DNA of 34,126 nt from Guillardia theta CCMP2712 (Eukaryota; Protista; Cryptophyta). Positions within the stretch are counted from its first letter, which is position 1; each line of letters starts with the position of its first letter. The notes below the pieces were generated by a model. It saw only the letters and a list, made by a program, of their open reading frames with translations. It was not told the DNA's origin and did not search any database. The position numbers and the translations under genes are program-made. The stretch covers positions 44,558 through 78,683 of the forward strand of contig NW_005434670.1 in the NCBI RefSeq assembly GCF_000315625.1, written 5' to 3'. This document shows positions 23,413-34,126 of the stretch, in pieces.

Positions 23413-24761
23413 ATGTGCAGGCTCTGCTTGTTCGCTCTCGTGCTCCTGGTGTTTCTATGCCATGCACCAAGTCCGTCCAATGGCATCATGATAGAGCCAG
23501 AGCAACTAGTCCTGCGAAGCTCTCAGCGAAGGGCAGCTCCTTGTCTTCGTCTTCGAGGAGGCGGGAGAATCCTCAATGGCCTCAAGTATCTGTTCGTACA
23601 GTCCACCTCTCCTCTCCCCCGCGAGATCGTGCGGTACTTGTATGCTCAGAGAATATCAGAGAAAGAGATTCCCCACGACATCTTTCAAGCGCTCTGCGAT
23701 GGCAGAGCAACGCTCAACGAGCTGCGAGCATGGGTGAAGATCAAGAGAGAAGGAGGAATAGCAAGATGGGTAAGCGATCTCAGCCCGCTGCTGCGAGATC
23801 GAGTGGTTCTCAACGCCAAGTTTGTCTTCATCCTCCTTTGCGAGATCGTCATCGGCTGCACGAGCAAGCTCTCAGCGCAAGTGATGATGTTGGGCAGCGG
23901 CGTCTGGAGGAGAGCAGACTTAGTTCTGCTCAGTCTGCTACTGGAGATCGTCGGAGACTTTCTCGTCGTGTGCATCTTCTACCCAGCAGCAAGAATGCAT
24001 GATCGAGCTCCTGAGTGGCAGACACGACTGAACCCCTTGATGTGGGCGATCAAGGATGTTCCTGCTTCCGCCTTCCTGCCTGGATCATACAGGTAAAGTG
24101 AACGATGTATACAAGCAGGGGAGGGAGACGGAGGAGGAGAAGGGTTTAGGATAGATGGAGGAGGAAAGGGAGGAGAGGGCGAGGGTGGAGGTGGTGCGAA
24201 TGTTTTGCCTCTGACTTTGTGATCAGCTGGGAACAGAGGGCCAAGAGTGTCATACTTCGAGGAGCTCAGCTCTTCGTTCTGTCCTTCACCATCAGCATGG
24301 TTGGAGAGCTCGTCAGCTACTTGCTCATCGCGGTCAGAAAATCGATTCGGACGAGGAAACCCAAGGAGGAGGAATTCGATGAGGGAGAATACTGGGAGGA
24401 TCATGCAGTTGAAGAGCGACAGATGGAGCGATGGGATAGCGCTGCGATGGCACGGCGAGCTGCTTCTTTTGCCAGCTTCATGGGAGTCTCGTGCAACCTG
24501 AGACAGCATGCTCTCATTGCCATGGAGAATCTCTCTTTCTCCCTCCTGCCTTCCGGCCTGCATTACGAGGCCCTCGTCCTCCTCCGCTTCATCAACTGCT
24601 GGTTGGGCGGAATCTTATGGCTGACTCAACAGCGGCTACTTGAGCAGCGAATGCTCCAGAAACAGTCGGAACACTCGGACGATGAGATAGCAGAGGAAGG
24701 CGAGGATGAGGTACGGAGGGAGGAGGAGGAAGAGCAGGAGGAGGAGGAGTCATATCGCTAG
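23413..24761 (+). CDS. RETICULATA-related (DUF3411) membrane protein with signal peptide; intron 24093-24226
   Basis: LRDRVVLNAKFVFILLCEIVIG...ADLVL...VPASAFLPGSYSWEQR...FASFMGVSCNLRQH...LRFINCWLGG resembles the RETICULATA pattern (R...DP.F...E..IG; P..AF; FMG.S.N.RY; R..N...GG). Confidence 0.8.
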
Positions 24762-24825
24762 AGCTTTTGATGTCATTCACTTATAATCAAGTTTCACTTA
24801 TTTACATCACAGCAGGCATGTAACT

Positions 24826-26178
24826 TTACAGCTCGTTGTAAGCAGCTTTGCAGATGAGGGAGTACCTCCCTCCCATCAGCTCCAACACCTCCTTCCACAA
24901 AGGTGCCCCCTCCTACCATCCTGTCACTGCCACAAGACAACAACAGGTGCTCACCTTCGAAGACTTTCGGAAGATGAGGTCTGAGCTGCCGGCTGCGATG
25001 AACCATTTTCCCGCCTTCACCTCCTCCTGCGATAGAGTGAGCAGCTCCCAGGCGAGCATGGCGTTTTGCTACCTCTAGCTGCCCTCTGACCCAGCGGGTG
25101 TAGCGGTAGAAGAACTTGAAGTCGTCCTCCTTGCACTTGTTCTGCTCCAGCAGCTCCTTGGCGTGCCAGGGATCGAACCCCATCATTACACCGTCGATGA
25201 TGCGGTGCGAGTATCCCAGTTCCTCCACCCTGTGCAAAACTTGAATGCTGCCGACCCAAAGGTCAGGGTTGACGGCGGCACCAGCTCGCACTTACCCCGA
25301 GCCTACGTCTCCTCCGAGGTAGAGAGGACACTTGTCGAACCCCGGCAGCTTGTCTGTCACTGCTCCTATCTCATACATGGCTGGCTTGTCCAGTACAAAT
25401 CCCGCGCTCCCCCCTTCGTCATGCTTCGCCTGATCGAGGTGGTGGAAAGAGGAAGAGGAAATTTTCAGCAGAGGTAGCAGAAGCAGGGCAAACAAGCTAC
25501 CAAGAAGATGACGCTGCGGTGCAGGTAGGTCTGAAAGTAAAGAAACTCGTTGGGTGTGGCTAACAACAGGCACCCAGGTTCCAATGCTGTCACTGAGATG
25601 GAGGGTGAGAGGGGAAGGAAAGAGAAGATGATGGGAGTACTTTCATGACTCCATCGATTCTTGGGCAAGTCATCGAGAGAGATCTTGTAGTCTTGACTTT
25701 CTTCACGCGTCTCGTTGAATGTGAGCGGACGAAACATGTGTTTCTTCTCCTCCTGTACTAGTCGCGCTCTGCGGTCTGCGTAAGAAGAAGATGAGGAGCA
25801 GAGAGGGAGGAAGTCACCTGAGGCGCCTCCAGTCGACTGTGCGGTTGTTGTGATGAGAAAATGTTGTCAGGGTTTCATCTCCGTCAGCGTCTGCAAGGCA
25901 TCGAGGAGCACCTAGAACCAATATGAGGCAGAGAGCGTTTGTGGCGAACTGTTACATGTGCGATATGACGAGCCGCGCTTATCGAAGAGAGTGACAGATC
26001 GTTCTCCAAAGCCTCTTGGCCTGAGAAACCTCGAGGGGAAGAAACCAGAAACGCGCGGGCACGGCAACCACACAACAGTCGCCACCGCTAGCGCAAAAAG
26101 TTTTCCATTTATCGCATGAGAGCCGCGAGAGAGAGCAATCGGTCTCTTGTTGCAGCATGTTCTTTCACATCTCACCAT
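24826..26178 (-). CDS. DUF179 / AlgH-YqgE-like protein with predicted bipartite plastid-targeting presequence, multi-exon
   Basis: DWRRLRARLV, EPGCLLLA...YLHRSVIFL, HDEGGSAGFVLDKP, PLYLGGDVG, FKFFYRYTRWVRGQLEEEVKAGKW, LWKEVLELMGGRY. The N-terminal hydrophobic stretch ends VSG-FFP. Confidence 0.88.
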
Positions 26179-26279
26179 TCTCTGTCTCCTCAACTCAACC
26201 CCGCTAGTTGCATCGAGCGCTTGAGCTCCGCCCTCTCTTGGCTCCCCGCCCTCCAGCCGCCATGAGAATTTCGATCTTT

Positions 26280-26580
26280 CTTTCGGCGAACTGGCAGGCG
26301 GGCCCGGAAGGTCGGCCCGGGCCCTGTCCGGGCCGCCCGTACGGTACTCAGTGCCCGCGGCCCGCGGCCCGGCCGCCGGCGAAGCAGGCCGGTCCACTCG
26401 TCACGTGCCGCAGTGCTTCAACCGAGGCTTTCCTCAAAGTCACAATAAGTCAAAAATCAGTCCAGTGCCGTGACTGCCCGGCCAACCGCCCCGCCCGCGG
26501 CTCGGGCCGGGCCGCCGCCCGCAACCGTGATCATGATCGGACTCCGGGGGAGGCGGCGTGCATGACTGTGTGAATGCTGA
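26280..26580. repeat. GC-rich palindrome-word island
   Basis: ccgtacgg, gatcatgatc, cggccgg and gtgactg words upstream of the DUF179 gene. Confidence 0.6.
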
Positions 26581-26593
26581 ATTTCCTGGCACA

Positions 26594-27170
26594 CCTTTAC
26601 TCAAAGTTAAGTTAAACGGCGAGAAGAGAAAAGACGGGCGGCGAGAACCAAACCCAATCCCGGCTGCCAACAGCTGTCCCCCAAACTTAACTGATACCTT
26701 CACTTAACTGCGCGCTGGACAATCCCCCCGCGCCGCCGCCATGCCAGCGATGTCGCGGTGGCCGCCGCCGAAGGAATGAGACGCATACCGGGATGCACCC
26801 GCGATGATGGCAGCGTAGGACAGGGAGGCCCGCCTTGAGCTGACGAAAGATCCTGGACCGGATGCGTTTGCAAGTCGGATCACCTGAGACGTCTTGCGAG
26901 GCCGAGAGACCATCCAGCGCTGCCGTTTCCTTGTTCGCCGAGCGATCCGCCAGCCCTGGCACCACAGAAAGCGCAACGCATCGTCCTGCACGGAGGCCAT
27001 CAGTGCTGGCGATGATGGGAAGAAAGGCCTTTTGCGGGACGTGCTGAGCATATGCATTACGATGCCCTCGGATCTTCCGCTGTGCTGCCGCTTGCAGTTT
27101 GCTCCGAGCGATGTCCGGTATTCCATCATTGTCAAAAACATGTGACATGCTGAAGTCCAGGATTAACCCA
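26594..27170 (-). mobile_element. Degenerate 3' fragment of a non-LTR retrotransposon with restriction-like endonuclease-type C-terminus
   Basis: Joining frames gives LILDFSMSH...LQAAAQRKIRGHRNAY...AFLPIIASTDG.VQDDALRFL...LADRSANKET...FRQLKA, resembling the D..(AA..K...Y)..F.P......G.....A..FL RLE pattern. Frameshifted. Confidence 0.6.
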
Positions 27171-27239
27171 TGCCATCCGCCTGAGTAGCCATCAGTTGTG
27201 GAAGTTCAAAGTCCCCTACATGATGGTCTTCAGGGCCAT

Positions 27240-27405
27240 GCTGAATCATTCGCGGGCGGCCATCCGGGCCCCCGGCCGGGCCCGGTGACGGACGGTGACA
27301 GTCACCCGATCACTCGCAGAGTCACTCTCAGTGGGCCGCCACCGTGACCGTACGGTCATCATTGAGTCACGTTCCGACTCGCAGTACCGCCCGCCGCCGT
27401 GCATC
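27240..27405. repeat. GC-rich palindrome-word island
   Basis: ggtgac-a-gtcacc 27294-27306, tgaccgtacggtca 27345-27358. Confidence 0.65.
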
Positions 27406-27437
27406 TCAGATAGCAATCAAATGAGGAATGGAGGCCG

Positions 27438-27810
27438 AGGTAGGGGTGGGTGAAGATTATTTTGAGGGTGGGGTTACAGAGGTGGGGTAGGTCAGGATAC
27501 TCCTTTCTTTTCCACCACCCACGTTTGGAGAGCAAGTTGACCTGTGGGTGGGTATTGAAATACTACATACCCCTTCATTTCTATGTCCAAAGTATGGTAG
27601 GGGTACGATCAAGGACCCCAACCCCTTTGATCGTAATTGTACATTTGCAATCATGGGGTCATGGGCGCGAAGGATATCGAGGAGGTTGAGACATGGTGGG
27701 GTGGTAGGAGCACTCTGAATCATGGATGGGGTGGGGTACAGGTGAAGTAGCTCAGGGCAGGTCGTAGGGAGGTAGGGGGTGATAGATGATGTGCTAAGAC
27801 CCCCTAGGGA
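27438..27810 (+). repeat. G-run-rich (GGGGT/GGTAGGG) intergenic tract
   Basis: More than 10 GGG/GGGG runs on the + strand. Shares tcaggatac and ggtaggggtac with 8252-8290. Confidence 0.6.
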
Positions 27811-27827
27811 GTCAGTTCCTCTGTTCT

Positions 27828-30800
27828 ATGCCGATGCGGAGCGGCAGGAGAAGGACAGGAGAGGAGGCGGGAAAGAGAGGGAGGGAGGAAGACAACGCCG
27901 TTAAAGGTGATGCTACTTCCCTCTTCATCGGTGCCTCCCTTTGCTGAGCACTCTTCTCTCTTTCTTGTGCCTTTTCTTTGCGATGTGGTCAACAATTGTT
28001 GTACCTACAAAAATGAACGTCTGTCATCGGTGAGAGAGGGGGTACCAAAAGAAGCCGAGGATGGCAGATAATCGCTTGAGAATGAGAATGAATGTTCATC
28101 CCATTTTGCGGAGGGGTCATGCGCATCTGTGAGCTGATGCCTGCGGTAGGAGAAAGCCACAGAAACCTTGCTACCAAACAAGAGAACCCAACCACAGGGG
28201 AAGAAGGTAGCCAGCCCCAGCCCATACTGTCACCCATCTCCTCCCTCACGTCTCCATCTCTCTTGCTGCTCGGCGTATCTGCTGTCTCTGTCTCTGTCTC
28301 TGTCTCTGTCTCTGCTCGTCTGTTGCCGGCTCCAATAAAACTGATCAGCTGCCTTGGCCCGAAGCAGCTCCGCGGCAGCCCAACAGTAGCGACGCAGCAA
28401 ACACGCTGGCGGAGTTTGCGATTCACTTCCGAGGTTGGAAAGGTTGGTGTGTTGCGGGAGGACTTACAGCTCCTCGTGCAGAAGGTCGACGGAGTACTCC
28501 CGATCGCAGCAGCCGTCTGTCAGAGCATGCGCACAAAGACAGTGATAGGGGTGGTGCTCATGGCGCAGAGACTCCATTTGGGCATGCTCCTGCTGTTGGA
28601 TCGGGTTGTTGTTCTCTCTTCCCTCTTTCTGCTGATCTAGCTCCTCCTGGTCCATCAGCGATCGCTCAGAAGACCCTTGTGTCCTCAAAAAGACGGAAAG
28701 TTGGGGCTAACGTGTCCGACGACGGAGAGCATGGTTCAGAGATCCATTCCGAGTGTGACTCTCACTTCATCGTGCACTTGTTTGTTACAGGTGTCAGCCC
28801 CTGGTGTTTGAGCTCGTTGTGACTGTTTGCTGACAGCCATCGCCGAAGGAAAGTTAGAACAGAGCTCCGTGATCCCCAAGACTTGGGACGTTCTCCAGCA
28901 GGTCATCACCAAAGTGTCAAAGGAGCAGAACACAACAGTCTCTGTTCGAGGATCGACGATGGACATCAAGATGAGAGTCTTCGTCTGCAATTCGGTTGAG
29001 GTGAGAGATCGACTGCTTGTGTTGCCTTGTGTCCTTTGTTATGTGCACATCGCCCATGGACACATGTCAATGAGATTTGTTCATGACCGTGCCTTGTATT
29101 GCAAGGCAAGAGCTGTCGGAGAGTATGTCACCGCCCATCCGGACCAACGACCTGCTCCCTTTGTCGTGCTCGCCCGCCAGCTCTCCATGGCCATCGCCTA
29201 CAACTCCAAGTCTCTTGATCCGACGCAGGTGAAAGCAGCAGTCAGAAGTGAACCTGCTGTATCGTCAAGCTCACCTCCTCCCTTCCTCGCTCGCTCCTCC
29301 TTCGCCTGCCCTCCCATCCGTCGCTGTTGGTCCCTCCCCACTTATCACGCATTACAGGCGGCAGTGGCCGACAGGCTGAGAAAGCAAGCGAAGACGCGAG
29401 CAGTGAAGGAGATTCGCGAGGTCATTCGCGACGCACAAACAGAAATCACCTGCCCCATCCTGCGAGGACACGCGGGAGCGCTGGCGCCTGCAAGGCTGAT
29501 CGAGGAGCATCTCCTGGGTCGGACAGTGAAGGTCGTGCTGCCTTGCTGCCTCATGGGCTGATTTATCGCAGGAGGACCTGGAGGGAGATGGGGCGAGGAA
29601 CTACATTTTCTTCAACGCAAAGAACAGATCCAATTCCAAAGACGAGCTCTCGTCCTCACACGACCACCACCACGAAGATGTTGCTCCGGTCTCCTCCTCT
29701 CGACGTCGCTCTCCTCCCGTGCCGTCCTCTGTGCTCCACCATCGCTCTCGCGGAGACGAGGCGCGCGGGAACGTTGCGACCTCTCACTCGAGCGTGTCGA
29801 TCGACTTGGCATCAAAAGGAGAAACTTCCCCGAGGAACAGCCGCATTCAGGTGCTTCATTCACATAGTCCTCCTCTTCCTCCCAGTCCTTGTCCTGGTCC
29901 TTGACCTCCTCGTTGTCCTCTCTTTTCTCTCTTCTCGTCCTCGTTCTTGTCCTCGTCCATTCTTCTTCTTTTCTTCTCCTCTCCCCCCTCCTCTTTTGTT
30001 GTTCGTCTCCTCCCTTGTTTGGCTCTCTTTGACTTGCATGCAGGCCTTGCAGACTCCAGGGTCGCCGCTGTCTCCTGGAGGAAGAGACGGGGCTGCAGCG
30101 CTCCTCTCCCTCTTCAACTCGGTCTCATCCCCGGAATCTCCTCGACGACAATCGGCAGAGCCCTGGGGGCAGGAGGAGGAGGCGGCGAACAAGGGGGGGT
30201 TGGAGCCAGTGAACCTAGTGAGCAAGCTGCAGTCCTCCAGCAAGCAACCGAAGCATTCGCTCGCAGCTCAGGCGGCTGCAAACTTGCACTCCATCACCCC
30301 GAAGTCTTCACCTCGAGACGAGGGGCGATGGCTGGGGGAGAGCAGCAGCAGCCCAAGGAAGGCGACGCTAGTGATCCCTGAGCCCTCCTACGACCTCAAC
30401 CTCGTCATTCGATCTCCCAGCCTCAACCCCCGACTCGCCGGCGTGGGGAAGCACCTCGGGCTCTCACTGGAGGTGCCAGTGGGGAACCTGGAGGAAGGGT
30501 TTGAGCTGGCGGGGATCAAGACGCCTCGCTCGGTGTACGGGAGCGGGAGCGGGAGCCTCTACGACGCGGTGAGGGCAGGAGATCTGGAGGGTGTGAAGGC
30601 GATGCTGGAAACCAAGGAAGGGAGGAAGAAAATCAACGAGGCTGCCGACGATGAGGAAGACGTAGCGATCGAGCACTACAACTTCATGCCCTCTGCCTCC
30701 GTTGAGATTCTTGTAAACAAGAGCTGGAGAAAGGGCTCCATCACATCGAGAGAGGAGCCAGACCTTGTGGTTGTGCAGTACTTCGCGCATGGCATTGAGA

Positions 30801-33532
30801 GCAGCGACAACGTGCGGCAGGAGAAGCTGGCGGTGACGAGCAGCAAGCTGAGGGTGTCGGCGGAGTCGAGGAAGGGCTTCACCCCGCTCATGTGCGCATG
30901 CATGCTCAAGGATGGGAAGAAGGCGACGGAAATCACGGGGGAGCTGCTGCTGCACGATGCTGACATCGACCTGGTTGACTCGGGCGGTTATCGGGCGATC
31001 CACTGGGCTGCCATTGCAGGACACGCGGAAGTGATAGAGCGATTGATCGCACGCAAGTCCAACGTGGACCAGCCGACGAGCTTGAGCAGCGACACTCCTT
31101 TCCTGCTGGCAGCCAGGTAGGGCCACAAGAGCATGGAAGAGGGGTCGGAGGAGAGGAAAGAAGGCGGAGGAGAGGAGAGATGGCGGAGGAGAGGAGGAGG
31201 AGGAGGAGGAGGAGGAGGTTGAATGAGGCATGTGCAGGTTTGGAGGTATGGAGGCTGTAAGGACATTAATCGCTCATGGTGCGTCGCTGCGTGCAAGAAA
31301 CAAAGAAAGAGTTGGGATCGTTGAAATCCTCTCCCTTTTCCGAGGAAAAGACGGGAAGTCTCCACTCCCTGCCGCCGCTCTCTCCATCTTCGATCTTGTC
31401 TTCGATCACGATGCTCGTCTCAAGACTCTCGTCCTCTCGTCCCCTCTCTCAGGCCCTAGCAGAAAGCTCGACAAGCCATCCCTGCTTGTCAAGGAGCTCG
31501 TGGATTCGATCTCTTCCTCGGAGACGCTCAGCCGTCGCTGCTTGCTCAAAGTACATGGCGCGAAACCTTCCTCGTAAGTGCAGCATCCTCCTCGCCTCTC
31601 CCCCCCCCACCTCCCCTTATCTCACGATTCCTTTTCTCTCTTCCCATCTCTGCCTTGCTGCTTTTCTCACGCAAGCGATGTTAGAGGATCACCCGAGTGG
31701 CTTCCGCTAGTGCAGCATGCAGTGGACGAGGTAAGAAGATGGGGAGAGAGGAAGAGGAGGAAGATGGGAGTGTGGAATGGAGGGAAATGGAGCAGGAAGT
31801 AGTTGACGTGAAGGCGCAGGTCATGACTGGAAACAGTCGGAACGCATTCTGCCTGCTTGCTGGCTCAGATCAGTCCCAAGAGGATGAGCAGGCGAGCGAG
31901 AAGGAGGCGAAGAGCATTTCGCTGTCAGCGGCGATGCGGGTGGTGCTGCACGCGTGTGAGAAGCACGACGTGGCGAAGGTGGCGATCATCGACCTTGATG
32001 TGAGAAGACAAGGAGGGAGGAGGGAGGAGGGAGGAGGGAGGAGGGAGGAGGGAGGAGGGGAGGAGGGAGGAGGGAGGAGGGAGGAGGGAGGAAGGGGGGA
32101 GGGGGAGGGAGGAGGGAGGAGGGAGGAGGGAGTGATGTCTCACAACAGGGCAAGGAGGATGCTCCTGCTATCGCGCACGTTCGGCAGCTCATTGGGAGGA
32201 AGAGCAGGAGGAAGGAGAGAGATCTCCTCGTGTTCATTCCCGACTCAATCTCCTCCTCCTCTGAAGAGGAGAGGAGACAGGATCTCTTCCTCAACGTCGT
32301 CCGCCCTTCCTTCAACCTTGTGGTACCTCCCCCGTCTTCTTCCGGCTACCTCTGATCGTCTCTCTCCAGCACAAGTCGAGCAAGAAGGAGGAGGCGATGC
32401 AGGAGACTGTGTGGAGGAACTGCGTGCTCAGCAAACTCCTGCCCTGCCTGCGAGCGTTCTGCCCTGACCTCGTCGTGATCTCGACGTCTCTCCTCCCCGT
32501 CGAACAGGATTGCGAAAACTACGGAGAGCGCTTTGTGAGGCCAGAGGAGGAGCTGTTGTGGGGGGGGATGGCAGGAGGAAAGGAAGGTGTCAGGATGGGA
32601 GGACGGAGGAAGGGGAGGACGGAGAGAAAGGAGGGCGAGGTATGCCGCTGACGATGATGCGCCACAGCAGGACCCGAGCGTCTATACGTGGATAGCAAGA
32701 GAGGTACGGGGAGAGAGGCGAGAGGGAGAGACGAAGGAGTAAGGTTGAATGGTAGAGAGAAGGTGGCAGGGGTGCAGGGGAATCGAGGACGAGAGAAATA
32801 CAGAGAAGATCAGAGAAGGAGAGGACGGGAACACAGAGGAGAGGATAGAAGACGAGGAGCAAGAGGAGAGACGAGGAAATGTGGGAGTACACGAAAGTGA
32901 CACTGTGCAGGAGAGGGAAGCAGAGCAGAGCAGAGCAGAGCAGAGCAGAGCAGAGCAGAGCAAAGATAGTTTGCGAAGACTCTGACTGGAGTGATGCAGT
33001 TGGGGAAGGTGGCGGGGATATGCAGCCGAGGCAGGATCGTCAGCCTGCTGCTTCACTCGCATCAGCTCGCGCAGGAGGTGAAGGAGGAGGCGAAGGCTCG
33101 ACGAGTCGCCGCCTGCCTCGCCCACCTGGAAGCTCTCATCGGCTGCTGAGCCCCAGCTGGACTCTAGCTGAGGTCAAGCACCAGCTAGACCTCTGCTGTA
33201 CATAGGAAACGTGTAAAGTAACCATCTTTTACTCCCTCCTCTCTCGGCAAGCTTGATGTCAGGGAGGCGCTAGTTCTCGTGGCGAGGGGGTAAGGAGCCT
33301 CACCGGCTCTTGGCATCTCCTCCTGGCTTGCTCCCTCCCGCCGCCGCCGCCGCCATGCAGCGCTGGAGCTTCTCGAGCCCAGCATGTGGCACCCCCTGGC
33401 AGAAGACCTGCATGCGATCCGGTGCCGCCTGATTGAGGTGAAGGAGAATCTCGCGGATCCTGTCCGTCACTTCCTCGTCCACGAGGTCTGTCTCGAGGAT
33501 CTGCTGGGCCGTCAGGAGGAACAAGAGGACAC

Positions 33533-33597
<65 letters not shown>

Positions 33598-33737
33598 GGG
33601 TTCAAGAGGAGGAGAGCTGCAGGGGAGCAGCAACAGCCAGAGGAGGAGGACGCATCCAGCGACTTGACCTTGGAGAAGATGAGGACGATGCGGCCGAGGT
33701 TGCTGTGGTCGCGGCCGAGAACCCACGCGTGATTTGA
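27828..33737 (+). CDS. Large multi-exon protein with ankyrin repeats, a degenerate class II HDAC-like fold and a poly-Q C-terminus; start uncertain
   Basis: Ankyrins SLYDAVRAGD, GFTPLMCAC, AIHWAAIAGH, DTPFLLAARFG. HDAC-like scaffold AVDEVMTGNSRNAFCL, KVAIIDLD, LLPCLRAFCPDLVVIS, GRIVSLL. Upstream exons (28150-29850) appear to join in frame. Last exon ends ...ENPRVI* at 33737. Confidence 0.72.
32920..32962. repeat. (GCAGA)n microsatellite, intronic
   Basis: About 8 gcaga units. Confidence 0.9.
33535..33596 (+). repeat. (CAG)n poly-Gln tract
   Basis: About 20 CAG codons interrupted by one AAG. Confidence 0.95.
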
Positions 33738-34126
33738 GAGGACGAGCTGGCAGAGCTGCTTGTTGACCAGCAGCTGCACCAGGACAGTGAGAAGCGAGAA
33801 AGGAAGAAGAAGCAGAGGACGAGCATTGAAAACAAAAAGAGAACGTTGCTTAGAGGAGGGAGGGAGGAGGGAGGGAAAGGGGGGAAGGGAGAAGGAGGCA
33901 GAGCGGGCGGGCGGGCTGACAGGCAGGGCGGAGAGGGAGGGCAGGCAAGGCAGGCAGGGAGGGCAGGCAAGGCATGGCAGTTATTTTTTGCCGTCTGTCT
34001 CTCACCGACTCGGCGACATCTCCCTCGAGCGGGAGGTACGAGAGCCAGAAGCTCCAAAGCTCCTCAGGGTTTTCAACATACTGGGGAAAAGTCAGCGACG
34101 GGGCAGAGGAGGAGGAGGAGGAGGAG

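Noticed and set aside
29327-31120. 597-aa ORF as a single-exon membrane protein
   Set aside because: The hydrophobic part is a C/T-rich intron (~29851-30043), and the upstream coding sequence is in other frames.
33259-33779. Minus-strand poly-Ala/poly-Leu ORFs
   Set aside because: Antisense shadows of the CAG poly-Q exon.

Overview
Gene-dense eukaryotic nuclear DNA with short (~45-60 nt) GT-AG introns and some expanded polypurine/polypyrimidine introns. The style suggests a cryptophyte-like alga (inference only). Host genes: an aquaporin (NCA/NPT motifs), a C-terminal UBA protein, a signal-peptide CBM20 protein, a SHIPPO/PGP-repeat protein, a RETICULATA-like (DUF3411) protein, a DUF179/AlgH-like protein, a large ankyrin + catalytically dead HDAC-fold protein, and several hypothetical genes. 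A decayed Ty3/gypsy chromodomain LTR retrotransposon (13298-19298, minus) abuts the 5' remnant of a second, related element. There is also a fragment resembling an RLE non-LTR element. Two observations stand out. (1) Most frameshifts I could reconstruct in the dead retroelement are 4-8 bp insertions that create short palindromes around one central base, and discrete GC-rich intergenic islands are packed with the same palindromes. This suggests a recurrent palindrome-writing mutational process, such as hairpin/footprint repair or template switching. (2) gag and pro-pol are separated by a single in-frame UAG followed by an 8-nt spacer and an 11-bp stem, a gammaretrovirus-like readthrough signal. 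All exon models and alignments were made by eye.
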